Origin: Pseudomonadota bacterium | Lineage (GTDB): Bacteria > Bdellovibrionota > Bdellovibrionia > Bdellovibrionales > Bdellovibrionaceae | Assembly: GCA_041178425.1 (NCBI GenBank) | Contig: JBEGVH010000037.1 | Span: 1-44,150 of the forward strand | Reading direction: 5' to 3' | DNA: 44,150 nt | Shown here: positions 1 to 9,453 of the stretch, one piece after another | Layout: each line of letters begins with the position of its first letter | Position numbering within the stretch: position 1 is the stretch's first letter | Program-made: the position numbers and the translations under genes | The notes under the pieces: generated by a model | Databases searched by the model: none | Told to the model about the DNA's origin: nothing | Seen by the model: the letters and a program-made list of their open reading frames with translations, nothing else

Positions 1-1571
1 ATTTTTAAAGCGCACGATTTGATCCAACTGACAAGTTTGCCTTCTTGATTGGCTTCTGAAGAATTTATTTGAGGGAGAAGAAACGAACATAGCACAGGAG
101 TTACTGTGAGCGAGACTAAGAGAGACGCAATAATTGACACAATATAGGCAATGCCCAATGGTACAAAGAGGCGCCCCTCGATGCCCCCGAGGGCAAAGAG
201 TGGTAGAAAAACTAAAACGACAATCACCGTCGACATCACAATGGAGTTTCGAACTTCACTTGAGGCCTCAAATATGACCGCCAACGTGCCCTTGGGCGAA
301 CCAGATTTTTTATTTTCTCTGAGTCTTCGAAAAACATTCTCAACATCGACAATAGCATCATCGACAAGCTCGCCGATGGCAATTGCAAGCCCCCCTAGCG
401 TCATCGTATTGATGGTGATATCAAAAACATGAAATATGATGGCCGTAATTAATAAACTCAGAGGAATGGCAACGAGAGTAATCGCTGTCGTGCGAAAATT
501 CATTAAAAACAAAAATAGAACAACGATTACCATTAGAATACCATCAACAAGCGCACCCTTAACATTTCCGATGGCTGACTCGATGAAGTGGGACTGCTTA
601 AAAAGGTCTTTTTCGATCTTTACACCCACCGGTAAGCTTTTTTCGAGATCATCGAGCTCCTTATCGATGGCCCTTGTTAACTCTATGGTGCTGGCATTGG
701 GCTGTTTTTGAATGGTTAAAAGGACAGCGTGTTTTCCGTTAATGCTAGCCTCACCCCTTTTAATTCGAGGACCAACTGCAACCTCTGCTATATCCTTAAC
801 GAAGACGGGCTGACCAAAATGCATAGAGACCACTGAATTGCGAATTTCATCAATACCATTGGCTCTCCCAAGTGGCCGTATGAGAAATTCTTTTTCGCCA
901 AGAGCAACAAAGCCGCCCGTCGTGTTCTCACTTATTTCAGAAAGTGCTTTTTTTAGGTCTTCCAGTGAAATAGATTTTTTCTGGAGCCTTTCGCTAGAAA
1001 CCAAAATCTGAAATTGTTTGACCTCACCACCCATGACTATCGCCTGACCAATCCCTGGCACGGTCATTAGTCTTGGTCGAATGGTCCAGTCGGCCAAACT
1101 CCTTAGGTCCATCAAAGAAACCGAATTATCAGGGCTGGTAATTCCCACAAACTGAACTTCGCCCATGATCGACGTAATAGGACCCATCGTGGGTTGGAGT
1201 CCTTTTGGTAAACGACCGGCGAGGAGCTGAAGACGTTCGCTCACTAGTTGCCGGTTTCTGAAAATATCTGTGCCCCAATCGAATTCCAAATGAATGATTG
1301 AGATCCCGATTCCACTGCTCGAACGAAGCCTCAAAAGACCTGGTAGTCCGTTAATACTGCCTTCGATAGGCAGAGTGACCAGCGTTTCAACCTCTTCCGG
1401 TGCTAAGCCATGAGCTTCGGTCAAAACTGTTACGGTGGGCCTATTGAGATTAGGAAACACATCCACGGGCAATGACCTAAGAAGCCATCCTCCATAGAGG
1501 CAAATAGCCATGGCGATGAAAAGAACCATCTGGCGTTTTTTCAGAGAAATCTGAATAAGAGAATTCAGCAT
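1..1571 (-). CDS. CzcA/CusA-family heavy-metal efflux RND transporter, 5' part (runs off the window; absent from the ORF track)
   Basis: Manual translation from ATG at 1571 gives MLNSLIQISLKKRQMVLFIAMAICLYGGWLLRSLPVDVFPNLNRPTVTVLTEAHGLAPEEVETLVTLPIE. Near the left end the minus strand reads TLGGLAIAIGELVDDAIVDVENVFR, the HME-RND TM4 motif. Confidence 0.93.
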   Translation of the reverse strand, partial: MLNSLIQISLKKRQMVLFIAMAICLYGGWLLRSLPVDVFPNLNRPTVTVLTEAHGLAPEEVETLVTLPIEGSINGLPGLLRLRSSSGIGISIIHLEFDWGTDIFRNRQLVSERLQLLAGRLPKGLQPTMGPITSIMGEVQFVGITSPDNSVSLMDLRSLADWTIRPRLMTVPGIGQAIVMGGEVKQFQILVSSERLQKKSISLEDLKKALSEISENTTGGFVALGEKEFLIRPLGRANGIDEIRNSVVSMHFGQPVFVKDIAEVAVGPRIKRGEASINGKHAVLLTIQKQPNASTIELTRAIDKELDDLEKSLPVGVKIEKDLFKQSHFIESAIGNVKGALVDGILMVIVVLFLFLMNFRTTAITLVAIPLSLLITAIIFHVFDITINTMTLGGLAIAIGELVDDAIVDVENVFRRLRENKKSGSPKGTLAVIFEASSEVRNSIVMSTVIVVLVFLPLFALGGIEGRLFVPLGIAYIVSIIASLLVSLTVTPVLCSFLLPQINSSEANQEGKLVSWIKSCALK

Positions 1572-1792
1572 AAAGTCCTTTCATGCCCTACTCTCAAATT
1601 CTAAACACACGAAGAAGCGTTGGTAAGAAAATTCCCTTCACACCCAATCTTATCATGACTTTCGCCTATCCCAAAAATGACCTCAGAAAAGACTCCGTCC
1701 GAAGTGCCATTTTTGCGCATCCAAGCCTGTAAAATTCTGACAATGGCCCAGTAATAGTTGTTTAGTTTGGGTGGAGTTATCATCTTAGGAGA

Positions 1793-3187
1793 ATGCGCTA
1801 TCTCCTCAACGTAGTTCTAACATCACTAACAGTTCTCGCTCTTTTTTCTGTTATCTCTTGTGCGAGCACCCAAGAAGTGACCGAGAATTTCCAAAATGCG
1901 CAGAATCAAAACGCTCTTAGAACCCGCAAAAAAACTGTTGTGCTGTTTTTAATTGATGGCCTGGGAGACAACCTTTTTCGAAAAAACTTCGATCAACTTC
2001 CAAACATTACCTCCTTTTTTCATGTCGAAGACAGGCAATACGCAACGGCTCACAGTATTTTTCCGTCACTCACATTCCCTAATCTTATTTCACTAATGAC
2101 TCGAACACCGGCTGACCGACACTCTGTTGTTGGAAACCAGATGCTCTTGAGCAGCCAGAGGCCAACAGAAACTCGCATTCTCGACTTCGAAAAAAGAGAA
2201 GACGTTGTTTGGCTGAATACGGTCAAAGAAAACGCTCTAGTTTTTTCTCAATTGAAAACCGAGGCAAGAACGAGTGTCAGCTTCGCCCAAAGCTTATTTA
2301 TGGGAGCGAGTGCAGAACAAGCGGGTTCGATCCCCATGGGCCTCTCTTATCTTAACAAAAATTATATCTCCATCGATCGAAAAAATATAAAGTCTTTATG
2401 GACACTCCTGGAGAAAACCAAGCCGCAACAATGGCCGGATTTTATTTTTATTCATTTGATTGGTGCCGACGCTATCGCTCACGATCTTGGCCCCTTTGAC
2501 CCTTCCCTTCCAAAATATCTGAAACTTTTAGATAGTGAACTTGCTCCCATTTTTTCTCAGCTTATCCGTGGTCAGCATAACGGCGTTCAGGTTGCTAGCA
2601 TCCTTACTGCCGATCACGGTTTTATCAATGTGGAGAGCACCTTTGACCTTGAGACTTTGCTACAACCGATAGCGCCCTCGGCAACGATCGTCAACGAAGG
2701 TCGACACGCCTCAATTACTTTTAACGGGTCGGAAAAACCAATAGAACAATTAGCTTTTCTATCAGAACTTTCAAAAAAACCTGAAATTGAGCTAACTATG
2801 ATGCGTCTAGAAAATTCGGTCACCCTTTTTACAAAGAAAGGAACTTTTCAATTAAAGTTGAATCGATCTTTGACTTGTCCTCACCACCAGTTTTCGGTGG
2901 AATGGAAAGGAACATCTTATTGCCCGCAAAAACTAAACGAACTACCCGAACTGAACTCAATGCCGTCATTTGCTCCAGAAAACTTGGTGAGTTATTTAGC
3001 AGCTCCCCAACATCCTGATGCCGCCATCGTCGCCGCGGATGGAATTAGTTTTTTCGATAAATATCGCGGTCACCATGGAGGGCTGTCTTCAGATGAAGTC
3101 ATCGTTCCACTATTACTCCGAGGAATCGTAGTGCGTAATCAACGGGTTCCAGCCCTCTACGAAATACTTAACGTGTTAGATCAATAA
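1793..3187 (+). CDS. Alkaline phosphatase superfamily / nucleotide pyrophosphatase-phosphodiesterase, probable lipoprotein
   Basis: Metal and nucleophile motifs LIDG, PSLTFPN (Thr nucleophile), DAIAH, TADHG and GHHGG. Signal peptide ending VISC. GGAG upstream of the start. Confidence 0.85.
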   Translation: MRYLLNVVLTSLTVLALFSVISCASTQEVTENFQNAQNQNALRTRKKTVVLFLIDGLGDNLFRKNFDQLPNITSFFHVEDRQYATAHSIFPSLTFPNLISLMTRTPADRHSVVGNQMLLSSQRPTETRILDFEKREDVVWLNTVKENALVFSQLKTEARTSVSFAQSLFMGASAEQAGSIPMGLSYLNKNYISIDRKNIKSLWTLLEKTKPQQWPDFIFIHLIGADAIAHDLGPFDPSLPKYLKLLDSELAPIFSQLIRGQHNGVQVASILTADHGFINVESTFDLETLLQPIAPSATIVNEGRHASITFNGSEKPIEQLAFLSELSKKPEIELTMMRLENSVTLFTKKGTFQLKLNRSLTCPHHQFSVEWKGTSYCPQKLNELPELNSMPSFAPENLVSYLAAPQHPDAAIVAADGISFFDKYRGHHGGLSSDEVIVPLLLRGIVVRNQRVPALYEILNVLDQ

Positions 3188-4100
3188 CTTCCACATGGGC
3201 ACTTTTCTCGACCCCCGATAAATCAAATTTATCAGCCTTTACTGGCAATCGAACGATTGATTCTCCCGAATCGCCGTAAATCTTTACCTGAAAAATAGGC
3301 CCTGATATTTTAGAAACATCTGTGTTTGCGTCTTGATCCCAGAGTGTCACTCTACCCCCACGGATCTCACTCTTTGAGCTTGTTGGCAGTATCCACTTAG
3401 CATCCCCGATTGAAGCAGAGAAATGCTCCGGAACTTTTATTTTAATCAATAATTTTTGTGTTAAGGCCTTCAGATCGGAATATTTGACGATGGCGACCGA
3501 TTGGTAGCCTCTCGCATCACGCTTAAGTAAATTCTCTGGAAAGTCTCTTAAGCTGTCAGCACTCATTACGCCGACTAATCGACTAATCGGCGTATTTGGT
3601 ATTTCTAATATAAATGGAGCGCTTTCTTCTCCGAGACGGTCAATCATTGGCGTATAACTCATAATGAGTTTTCCGGTTTGAAAATTAAAAGCTCGCGCAC
3701 CCTCCATGGCACCGCAACAACCAGAAAGCTTTGTTATAATCAATTGCGGTTCCCAGAGATAAGACCATTCAGTTGCACTTTCCTTTATTTGCCAGACTCT
3801 TGTATCGAATCTATTCTGCATAGAAGAATAGAGATCTAATTGCAGTTCACCCTGTATACCTTCCATTTGTTCAAAGGTACGTAACTCTTTTTGTGCATCT
3901 AGAAGGAAAGCTTTATGGACTCCATTACGGTCGAAAGTGTCAATGACCTTAAAATCTTGATTCTTTATCCGTGTCGTCAGGATGCCTTGTTCATTTTTAA
4001 ACTGCTGAACAAAGCTTTCACCTTTTTTTTCAAAAAGCACGCTACTCGCCAGAGCTAGAAGTCCCGCGGTCACTGTGGCAAAAAAAACTAGTGATTTCAT
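3168..4100 (-). CDS. Hypothetical exported protein (310 aa)
   Basis: Long ORF with an AGGAGG RBS and an N-terminal signal peptide. Contains a GCCG motif. No family recognised. Confidence 0.75.
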   Translation of the reverse strand: MKSLVFFATVTAGLLALASSVLFEKKGESFVQQFKNEQGILTTRIKNQDFKVIDTFDRNGVHKAFLLDAQKELRTFEQMEGIQGELQLDLYSSMQNRFDTRVWQIKESATEWSYLWEPQLIITKLSGCCGAMEGARAFNFQTGKLIMSYTPMIDRLGEESAPFILEIPNTPISRLVGVMSADSLRDFPENLLKRDARGYQSVAIVKYSDLKALTQKLLIKIKVPEHFSASIGDAKWILPTSSKSEIRGGRVTLWDQDANTDVSKISGPIFQVKIYGDSGESIVRLPVKADKFDLSGVEKSAHVEVIDLTR

Positions 4101-4282
4101 ACCGTCCTCCTAAACAAACTCACTGAATCCCAATTAGGATGGCTGCAAGATTTATTCAATCCTTCGGGGCAAAATACCCGCGTTTCAAAAGCTTTTTTAT
4201 TAATGACCCGACAAACTTATTTACAGAGCAGACACTTTTTGTGAAACAAAGGGTCTTCAAATATCCGGTTTAACACCGTAAA

Positions 4283-4666
4283 TTATTCGTTCTTAAGTTT
4301 ACGAAGTCCTTCATCGATAAGAAGTCGTAGCTTCTCAGATCGAGTTTCGAGATCTTTTCGTTCCAAAGGGGTCATCACCCCATCAGAAGAGGCCTCAATG
4401 ATGGCCCCCAAGGTTTCCCCATAATAACTACATTCACCATTGTAATCAGCACAGGCAATCACCCGGGTTTGCTGAGTTGCGACCGCAACTTTATGAAGTT
4501 TATTGGCATCCGTTTCGCCAACGAACTTTCGAATAATATTAAGCATTAAAAAGGTGTCTTCTTTGTACTTGTCGATTTTTGGAGGCTGAGATTTAACAGG
4601 TTCAGTGCAATGTACTAAGTTAATTGCGATGGTAAAAACAATTGAATAATACATAGATTTTTTCAT
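4283..4666 (-). CDS. Hypothetical small protein, possible lipoprotein (127 aa)
   Basis: MKK, a hydrophobic stretch and Cys20 (LVHC, an atypical lipobox). The body looks helical and carries a Cys pair (CADYNGEC). Confidence 0.6.
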   Translation of the reverse strand: MKKSMYYSIVFTIAINLVHCTEPVKSQPPKIDKYKEDTFLMLNIIRKFVGETDANKLHKVAVATQQTRVIACADYNGECSYYGETLGAIIEASSDGVMTPLERKDLETRSEKLRLLIDEGLRKLKNE

Positions 4667-4733
4667 AATTGAATTGTGACATAAATAATAAAAAGAAACA
4701 CTGCTTTTTTAAAGAAGAAACGTTTAGCCCAAG

Positions 4734-6146
4734 ATGGGCGGGATAACAAAAATGCAAAACACCTTTGACTCTATGAAGAAGCGATTCGTCCAGGACTCTT
4801 TTCCATCCATAGAAAAAAGACGTGCTCAACTATCAGCAATGACCCAAATGATCACCGAATACTCGGAGCGCCTTTGTGCAGAAGTTGCGATTGACTTTGG
4901 AAACCGCTGTCACAGCGAAACTATGCTGACTGAGATAGTGCCTCTGCTAGCGCAAATTAGGTTTATCGAAAAACACCTCAAACAATGGATTAAAGACGAA
5001 TCGCGCCCTGTCGACATAATGTTTCAGTCAGCAACATCTAAGGTTATTCGCGTTCCCCTAGGAGTGGTTGGCATTATGAGCCCATGGAACTTTCCAATTT
5101 TGCTTTCTTTGTCTCCGGCTTTAACGGCCATTGCCGGAGGGAATCAAGTGATGATTAAGATGTCCGAATTTACGCCGAGAACCGCAAAACTCTTGAAAGA
5201 GGCTGTGGATAAACATCTTGATGGGTGTGTACAAGTGTTTTCCGGCGACTTAGAAAGCAATAAGCAATTTGCAAATCTCCCCTTTGACCATCTTTTTTTT
5301 ACTGGATCACCCCGTGTGGGCTCACTAGTAATGCAGGCGGCTGGAAAAAATCTAACGCCCGTTACACTCGAGCTAGGAGGAAAGAGTCCCGTTTTTGCTG
5401 CGCCCGATATCGACGTGGATACGTTGTCTGATAAGATCGTTTGGGCAAAATCGATAAATGCAGGTCAAATATGTATTGCCCCCGACTATTTATTGCTCCC
5501 GGAGGATCGCCTTGAAAGATTCATTACGGCAGCACGGGACTCATTTCAACGTCTCTATCCTCTCGGCGCCAGCGACCCCAATTATACTTCACTCATCTCA
5601 GGCGATCATTTTTCACGCATCCAGAGCTACTTAGACGAAGCATCAAAACAAAATTGTAAAGTGATTCCATTATCCTTAGATAGCATTTCAACGGATAGGA
5701 AGACCATCGTTCCCCATCTAATCATAAATCCACCGATCAACTCAACGGTGATGCAAGAGGAAATCTTTGGACCTCTCCTTCCTGTTATCACTTATGGAGA
5801 TTTTAACGAGACAAGAAAATATCTTGATGAACTTTCCGATCCGTTAACCATCTATTTATTTACTCAATCGAAAGATATCGTTAAGGAATTTGAATACAAT
5901 CGTTCTTCGGGAGGACTCTGTATCAATGATTTTTTGGTGCATTTTGCACAGGAACAATTGCCGTTCGGTGGAGTGAGGCAATCAGGAGTTGGACAATACC
6001 ATGGGATCGAAGGCTATTTTACCTTCACACGCCCTCGGGCTATCTTTAAGCGCGGCCGTTATTCGTTCACAGGCATTGCTCGTGCTCCCTACAAAAGTAT
6101 TTTTTTAGATTGGTACTATCGTTTTTTTGGGCTCCAAAACAAATGA
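4734..6146 (+). CDS. Aldehyde dehydrogenase, ALDH3/coniferyl-aldehyde dehydrogenase-like (start may be 4752)
   Basis: Motifs SPWNFP, FTGS, LELGGKSP, NAGQICIAPDY (catalytic Cys), EEIFGP and PFGG. Confidence 0.93.
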   Translation: MGGITKMQNTFDSMKKRFVQDSFPSIEKRRAQLSAMTQMITEYSERLCAEVAIDFGNRCHSETMLTEIVPLLAQIRFIEKHLKQWIKDESRPVDIMFQSATSKVIRVPLGVVGIMSPWNFPILLSLSPALTAIAGGNQVMIKMSEFTPRTAKLLKEAVDKHLDGCVQVFSGDLESNKQFANLPFDHLFFTGSPRVGSLVMQAAGKNLTPVTLELGGKSPVFAAPDIDVDTLSDKIVWAKSINAGQICIAPDYLLLPEDRLERFITAARDSFQRLYPLGASDPNYTSLISGDHFSRIQSYLDEASKQNCKVIPLSLDSISTDRKTIVPHLIINPPINSTVMQEEIFGPLLPVITYGDFNETRKYLDELSDPLTIYLFTQSKDIVKEFEYNRSSGGLCINDFLVHFAQEQLPFGGVRQSGVGQYHGIEGYFTFTRPRAIFKRGRYSFTGIARAPYKSIFLDWYYRFFGLQNK

Positions 6147-6186
6147 AGGGCAAAATAGGGTTGGCTCTAGTTATTTTGAATGAAGC

Positions 6187-8934
6187 CTATCTCGACCGAT
6201 CCCTGTCGTTCGATTTTTGAACCATTTGCATTATGGCATCATCGATGAGAAGAAATCTAGGTTGTGCTAGATTTCCGTCAATATTTATAGCAAATGAAAG
6301 AGCACCCTGTTGATCACGATTGGCCACCACGAAATTAGTGGTGGGAGGAATTTTAAAAAGTATTAACTCTCCGTCCATCTGAATTTTGCGATCATAGCCT
6401 ATTTTTCCATTGAATTGAAGTTCATGACCCTCTTGAGTTCTTAAGCGAGCCGACTTCAACGACATATCATTACGAGCAAGAACAAACTCTGAACTCATGG
6501 CCAAGTTAGAACCATTGAAATTATAACTCTTTGCTATTTCCCTCGCTCCACGAACGCTTATCAACTGCTGATCCACCTGATCTTTCAGCGGAAGGTTGGC
6601 AAACGTGGCCATATTTAATGTCATACTTCCAGAACACTGCAAATCACCTAAAAAATTCGGCGACCTCCGCAATCGCGAAGAACCAGTAAATTCGGCATTG
6701 AGGTGCCCTGATGCCAGGCCGCTCAGCGGGGGGATAAATTTCAGAAGTCCATCGGCGAAGTTTAATTGTGTTGCTTTAATTTTAAACGAGGCCTTAGGGT
6801 CATCGGATAGTAGCGGAATTTCGAAAAAGGGAAATTCGACCCGCCCACCCAAAAAACGACCAATAACACTGCGACCACTTGCTTTGCCATCCTCGATGCG
6901 AACCTCAGCCTGAACATCAGAAAAACTGAGGTCTTCGATGGTCATTTGAGAAATTGCAACATCCGTATCTATGCTCATTGACTGAAAAAACCTTGTTCTC
7001 GGCAAGAGGGGTTCAGGAACCTTGGTTTTATTTGATTTTCCCTCGGCAGCCTTTTCTGCCATTCTAAATGAGGGAATTAGAATTTTCATTGTTCCTTTGG
7101 TCGTCGTACGACTTGCTAACAACTCATTTATATTTATGTCTCCAGTAAAGTTAAGATTTGCCTTCAACTGTCCATCAGGAAAATGTCCGAAAGCCTCTGG
7201 AAACAATGTTTTCAATGGTGCCAATAAAAATCGCTCACTACTTAGATTGAGATTCAATGAATAGGTCGGAGGCATCGGAAGTATGCCCTCTATGGCCAAC
7301 AGGCCCGCAGCACTCTTTAAGGAGCTCGCCATCGCTTTCATCGAGCCACCCTCTTCTTTTGCTAACAAATTTAATTCAAAAAGACTGTTCGATGGTTTGT
7401 AAAGATGGTTTTCATTCTGAATTTCCATCTGAGTTAAATCTAACTTGAGATCTAATTCACCACTTTTAACCTGCTTTCCAGCAATGTTAAAGCCACCTCT
7501 AAAATTAATTGCAAACGGACCATTGACCCTCAGCCCGGTCGACTTCCAATCGATGCTACCTTGGGCTTTATCGACGATAAGCTTAGTCAAATTCAATGTC
7601 GCTTTTTCGGGTTCGTTCAGATCTCCCCGATAACTACCCTCGAGCTCTAACCCACCCTTGAGAGGAAATCGATTCATAAAAGGAAAATACTTTTCGAGTC
7701 CCTCGAGCCTTAAGGGTTTAACGTCAAAGTCTATTTCGACTTTTTTAGATATTTCTATATCGCCATCAACTCCGACATCGAGACGATCAACCTGAAATCT
7801 CGTTTCTTCGAAACTTAACACATCCTTCCATCGTAGTTGCCCTTGAGAGGCAAACTTTACGTCTTCAGGTTTATCAAGATAGTTCTCTAAAAGAAGCTTT
7901 GCAGAACTCAAATCTATGTTCCAACCACTCAATGGGGCCTCAAATCCACTCTCGCTATGATATTTCCATTCACTTGCAACATCGAGAAGAACAGGCCCCT
8001 TTAACATGTAATTCTGCCCTTTGAGATCTAGTTGGCCTTTTAATTTCTGCCCATTGATTTTTGCCTCCATCAGCCAAGGAGCAAAATTAGTCCCTCTCGA
8101 AGCCCCTACATCAATGCTGACCACCCCGGACCAAGTGTTTATCAGACCGTTTCCTTCAACCTTCTGCATTTTCCCCACGTCGAAGTCTTTGAGTCTGAGT
8201 TTTAGATCAGCGGAGCCGTTCTGAAAAATAAATCCACCCTGAATATCCAAAGGAATTCCCATAAGTTCAATTTTAGTACTAACCAGTTCGATTTTCTCTG
8301 GGTACCGATGAATTTTTCCGATGGACCTAAAGTTAACGGGTTTATCAAAATATTCGAGGGGCAGGCTGAGTTGAGAATTAAAATTCCAATCAAAAACAAA
8401 TGGCTCACCCTGCATTCGGGTTTTCCAATTAATATTGTCAAGCATCACAGTTCGCTCTCGAGGCAATTCAAAATAAATTTTAAGGTTTGAAGTGACTAAC
8501 TCAAGATCGATTCTTTTGAGCTCTTGAATTTTTCGGGCAAGGTCGCGAACCGAAACACCTTCTAGCGATGAAGTGGCTTTTGAATCCCTTAGAGGATTCG
8601 CTATTCTCACTTCGCCGCTTTGGATTTTTGCGTTGACCGATAATTTCCAAAAAACTGTGGGATCCAAAAGAACAATATGGACTCTGCCTTCCAATCGTTC
8701 AATTTGAATTTTGGAATCAACCATATCCATTTTTAAACCCTCAATCAAAAAAAAGGAGGGCGCGGTGACGTGCCACTTCAATCGTTTGATCTCTAGGCGA
8801 CAATTACAGAGTTCGTACCCATAACTTTGCAGGCCGAATTTTATAATTTCACTACCGAAAAAAAAGACGCTAGCGCCTAAGCCATAAGCTAAGACCAGGT
8901 AAAGGATAAGACTGAGCCCAAAAGACTTTTTCAT
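6187..8934 (-). CDS. AsmA-like (repeating beta-groove) envelope protein
   Basis: N-terminal anchor MKKSFGLSLILYLVLAYGLG followed by about 900 aa of amphipathic beta strands and a C-terminal I-x-G-x-L-x-x-P motif (INIDGNLAQP). I prefer the ATG at 8934 to the track start at 9039. Confidence 0.75.
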   Translation of the reverse strand: MKKSFGLSLILYLVLAYGLGASVFFFGSEIIKFGLQSYGYELCNCRLEIKRLKWHVTAPSFFLIEGLKMDMVDSKIQIERLEGRVHIVLLDPTVFWKLSVNAKIQSGEVRIANPLRDSKATSSLEGVSVRDLARKIQELKRIDLELVTSNLKIYFELPRERTVMLDNINWKTRMQGEPFVFDWNFNSQLSLPLEYFDKPVNFRSIGKIHRYPEKIELVSTKIELMGIPLDIQGGFIFQNGSADLKLRLKDFDVGKMQKVEGNGLINTWSGVVSIDVGASRGTNFAPWLMEAKINGQKLKGQLDLKGQNYMLKGPVLLDVASEWKYHSESGFEAPLSGWNIDLSSAKLLLENYLDKPEDVKFASQGQLRWKDVLSFEETRFQVDRLDVGVDGDIEISKKVEIDFDVKPLRLEGLEKYFPFMNRFPLKGGLELEGSYRGDLNEPEKATLNLTKLIVDKAQGSIDWKSTGLRVNGPFAINFRGGFNIAGKQVKSGELDLKLDLTQMEIQNENHLYKPSNSLFELNLLAKEEGGSMKAMASSLKSAAGLLAIEGILPMPPTYSLNLNLSSERFLLAPLKTLFPEAFGHFPDGQLKANLNFTGDININELLASRTTTKGTMKILIPSFRMAEKAAEGKSNKTKVPEPLLPRTRFFQSMSIDTDVAISQMTIEDLSFSDVQAEVRIEDGKASGRSVIGRFLGGRVEFPFFEIPLLSDDPKASFKIKATQLNFADGLLKFIPPLSGLASGHLNAEFTGSSRLRRSPNFLGDLQCSGSMTLNMATFANLPLKDQVDQQLISVRGAREIAKSYNFNGSNLAMSSEFVLARNDMSLKSARLRTQEGHELQFNGKIGYDRKIQMDGELILFKIPPTTNFVVANRDQQGALSFAINIDGNLAQPRFLLIDDAIMQMVQKSNDRDRSR

Positions 8935-9141
8935 CCTCTTGCTTATCGGCAATTCTGAGCTATATTTTAAATTTATCTTTTGAAACCAACTGAAAATGAG
9001 ACACTTAAAAAAGCATTTGGAATTGTCATTTTTTGACACATTGTTTGACTAACTTTTTGACACCAACGCCCCACAGATGAAATGAACGCCAACACAGGGA
9101 GCCGTTGGGGCTGGCATCCATTGCATCCCTTTTATTGCTCT

Positions 9142-9453
9142 ATGATCAGGAAGTCCGATAAAACTGCGCTCTCGAAGATACGAAAGAAGATCGATAAAAT
9201 CGATCTACAGCTTCTTGATAGACTCAACAAAAGAGCCCTCCTTGTGGAGAAGATAAAAAATATCAAATCAAAAGAAAAAATCAAAACTTATGATCCGAAA
9301 AGAGAACAAGAAATTCTCTCTGCACTCTGTCAGGAAAACCTAGGACCCCTTAGTAAAAGGGAAATTCAATTTCTATTTCGCACGATCATTAGATTTTTTC
9401 GTCTTCGCCAAAGGAATGCAAAAAGGGCCGCCAAAACTCGCGCTGAAAAATAG
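9142..9453 (+). CDS. Chorismate mutase, AroQ/type II, monofunctional
   Basis: LSKIRKKIDKIDLQLLDRLNKRA...K...YDPKREQEIL is the AroQ pattern. Start placed at ATG 9142. Confidence 0.88.
   Translation: MIRKSDKTALSKIRKKIDKIDLQLLDRLNKRALLVEKIKNIKSKEKIKTYDPKREQEILSALCQENLGPLSKREIQFLFRTIIRFFRLRQRNAKRAAKTRAEK

Noticed and set aside
151..711. Plus-strand ORFs 151-432 and 436-711
   Set aside because: They are antisense shadows of the minus-strand RND pump, which has clear family motifs.
3572..3589. Tandem CGACTAAT-CGACTAAT-CG repeat
   Set aside because: Only two copies, inside a CDS; consistent with chance.
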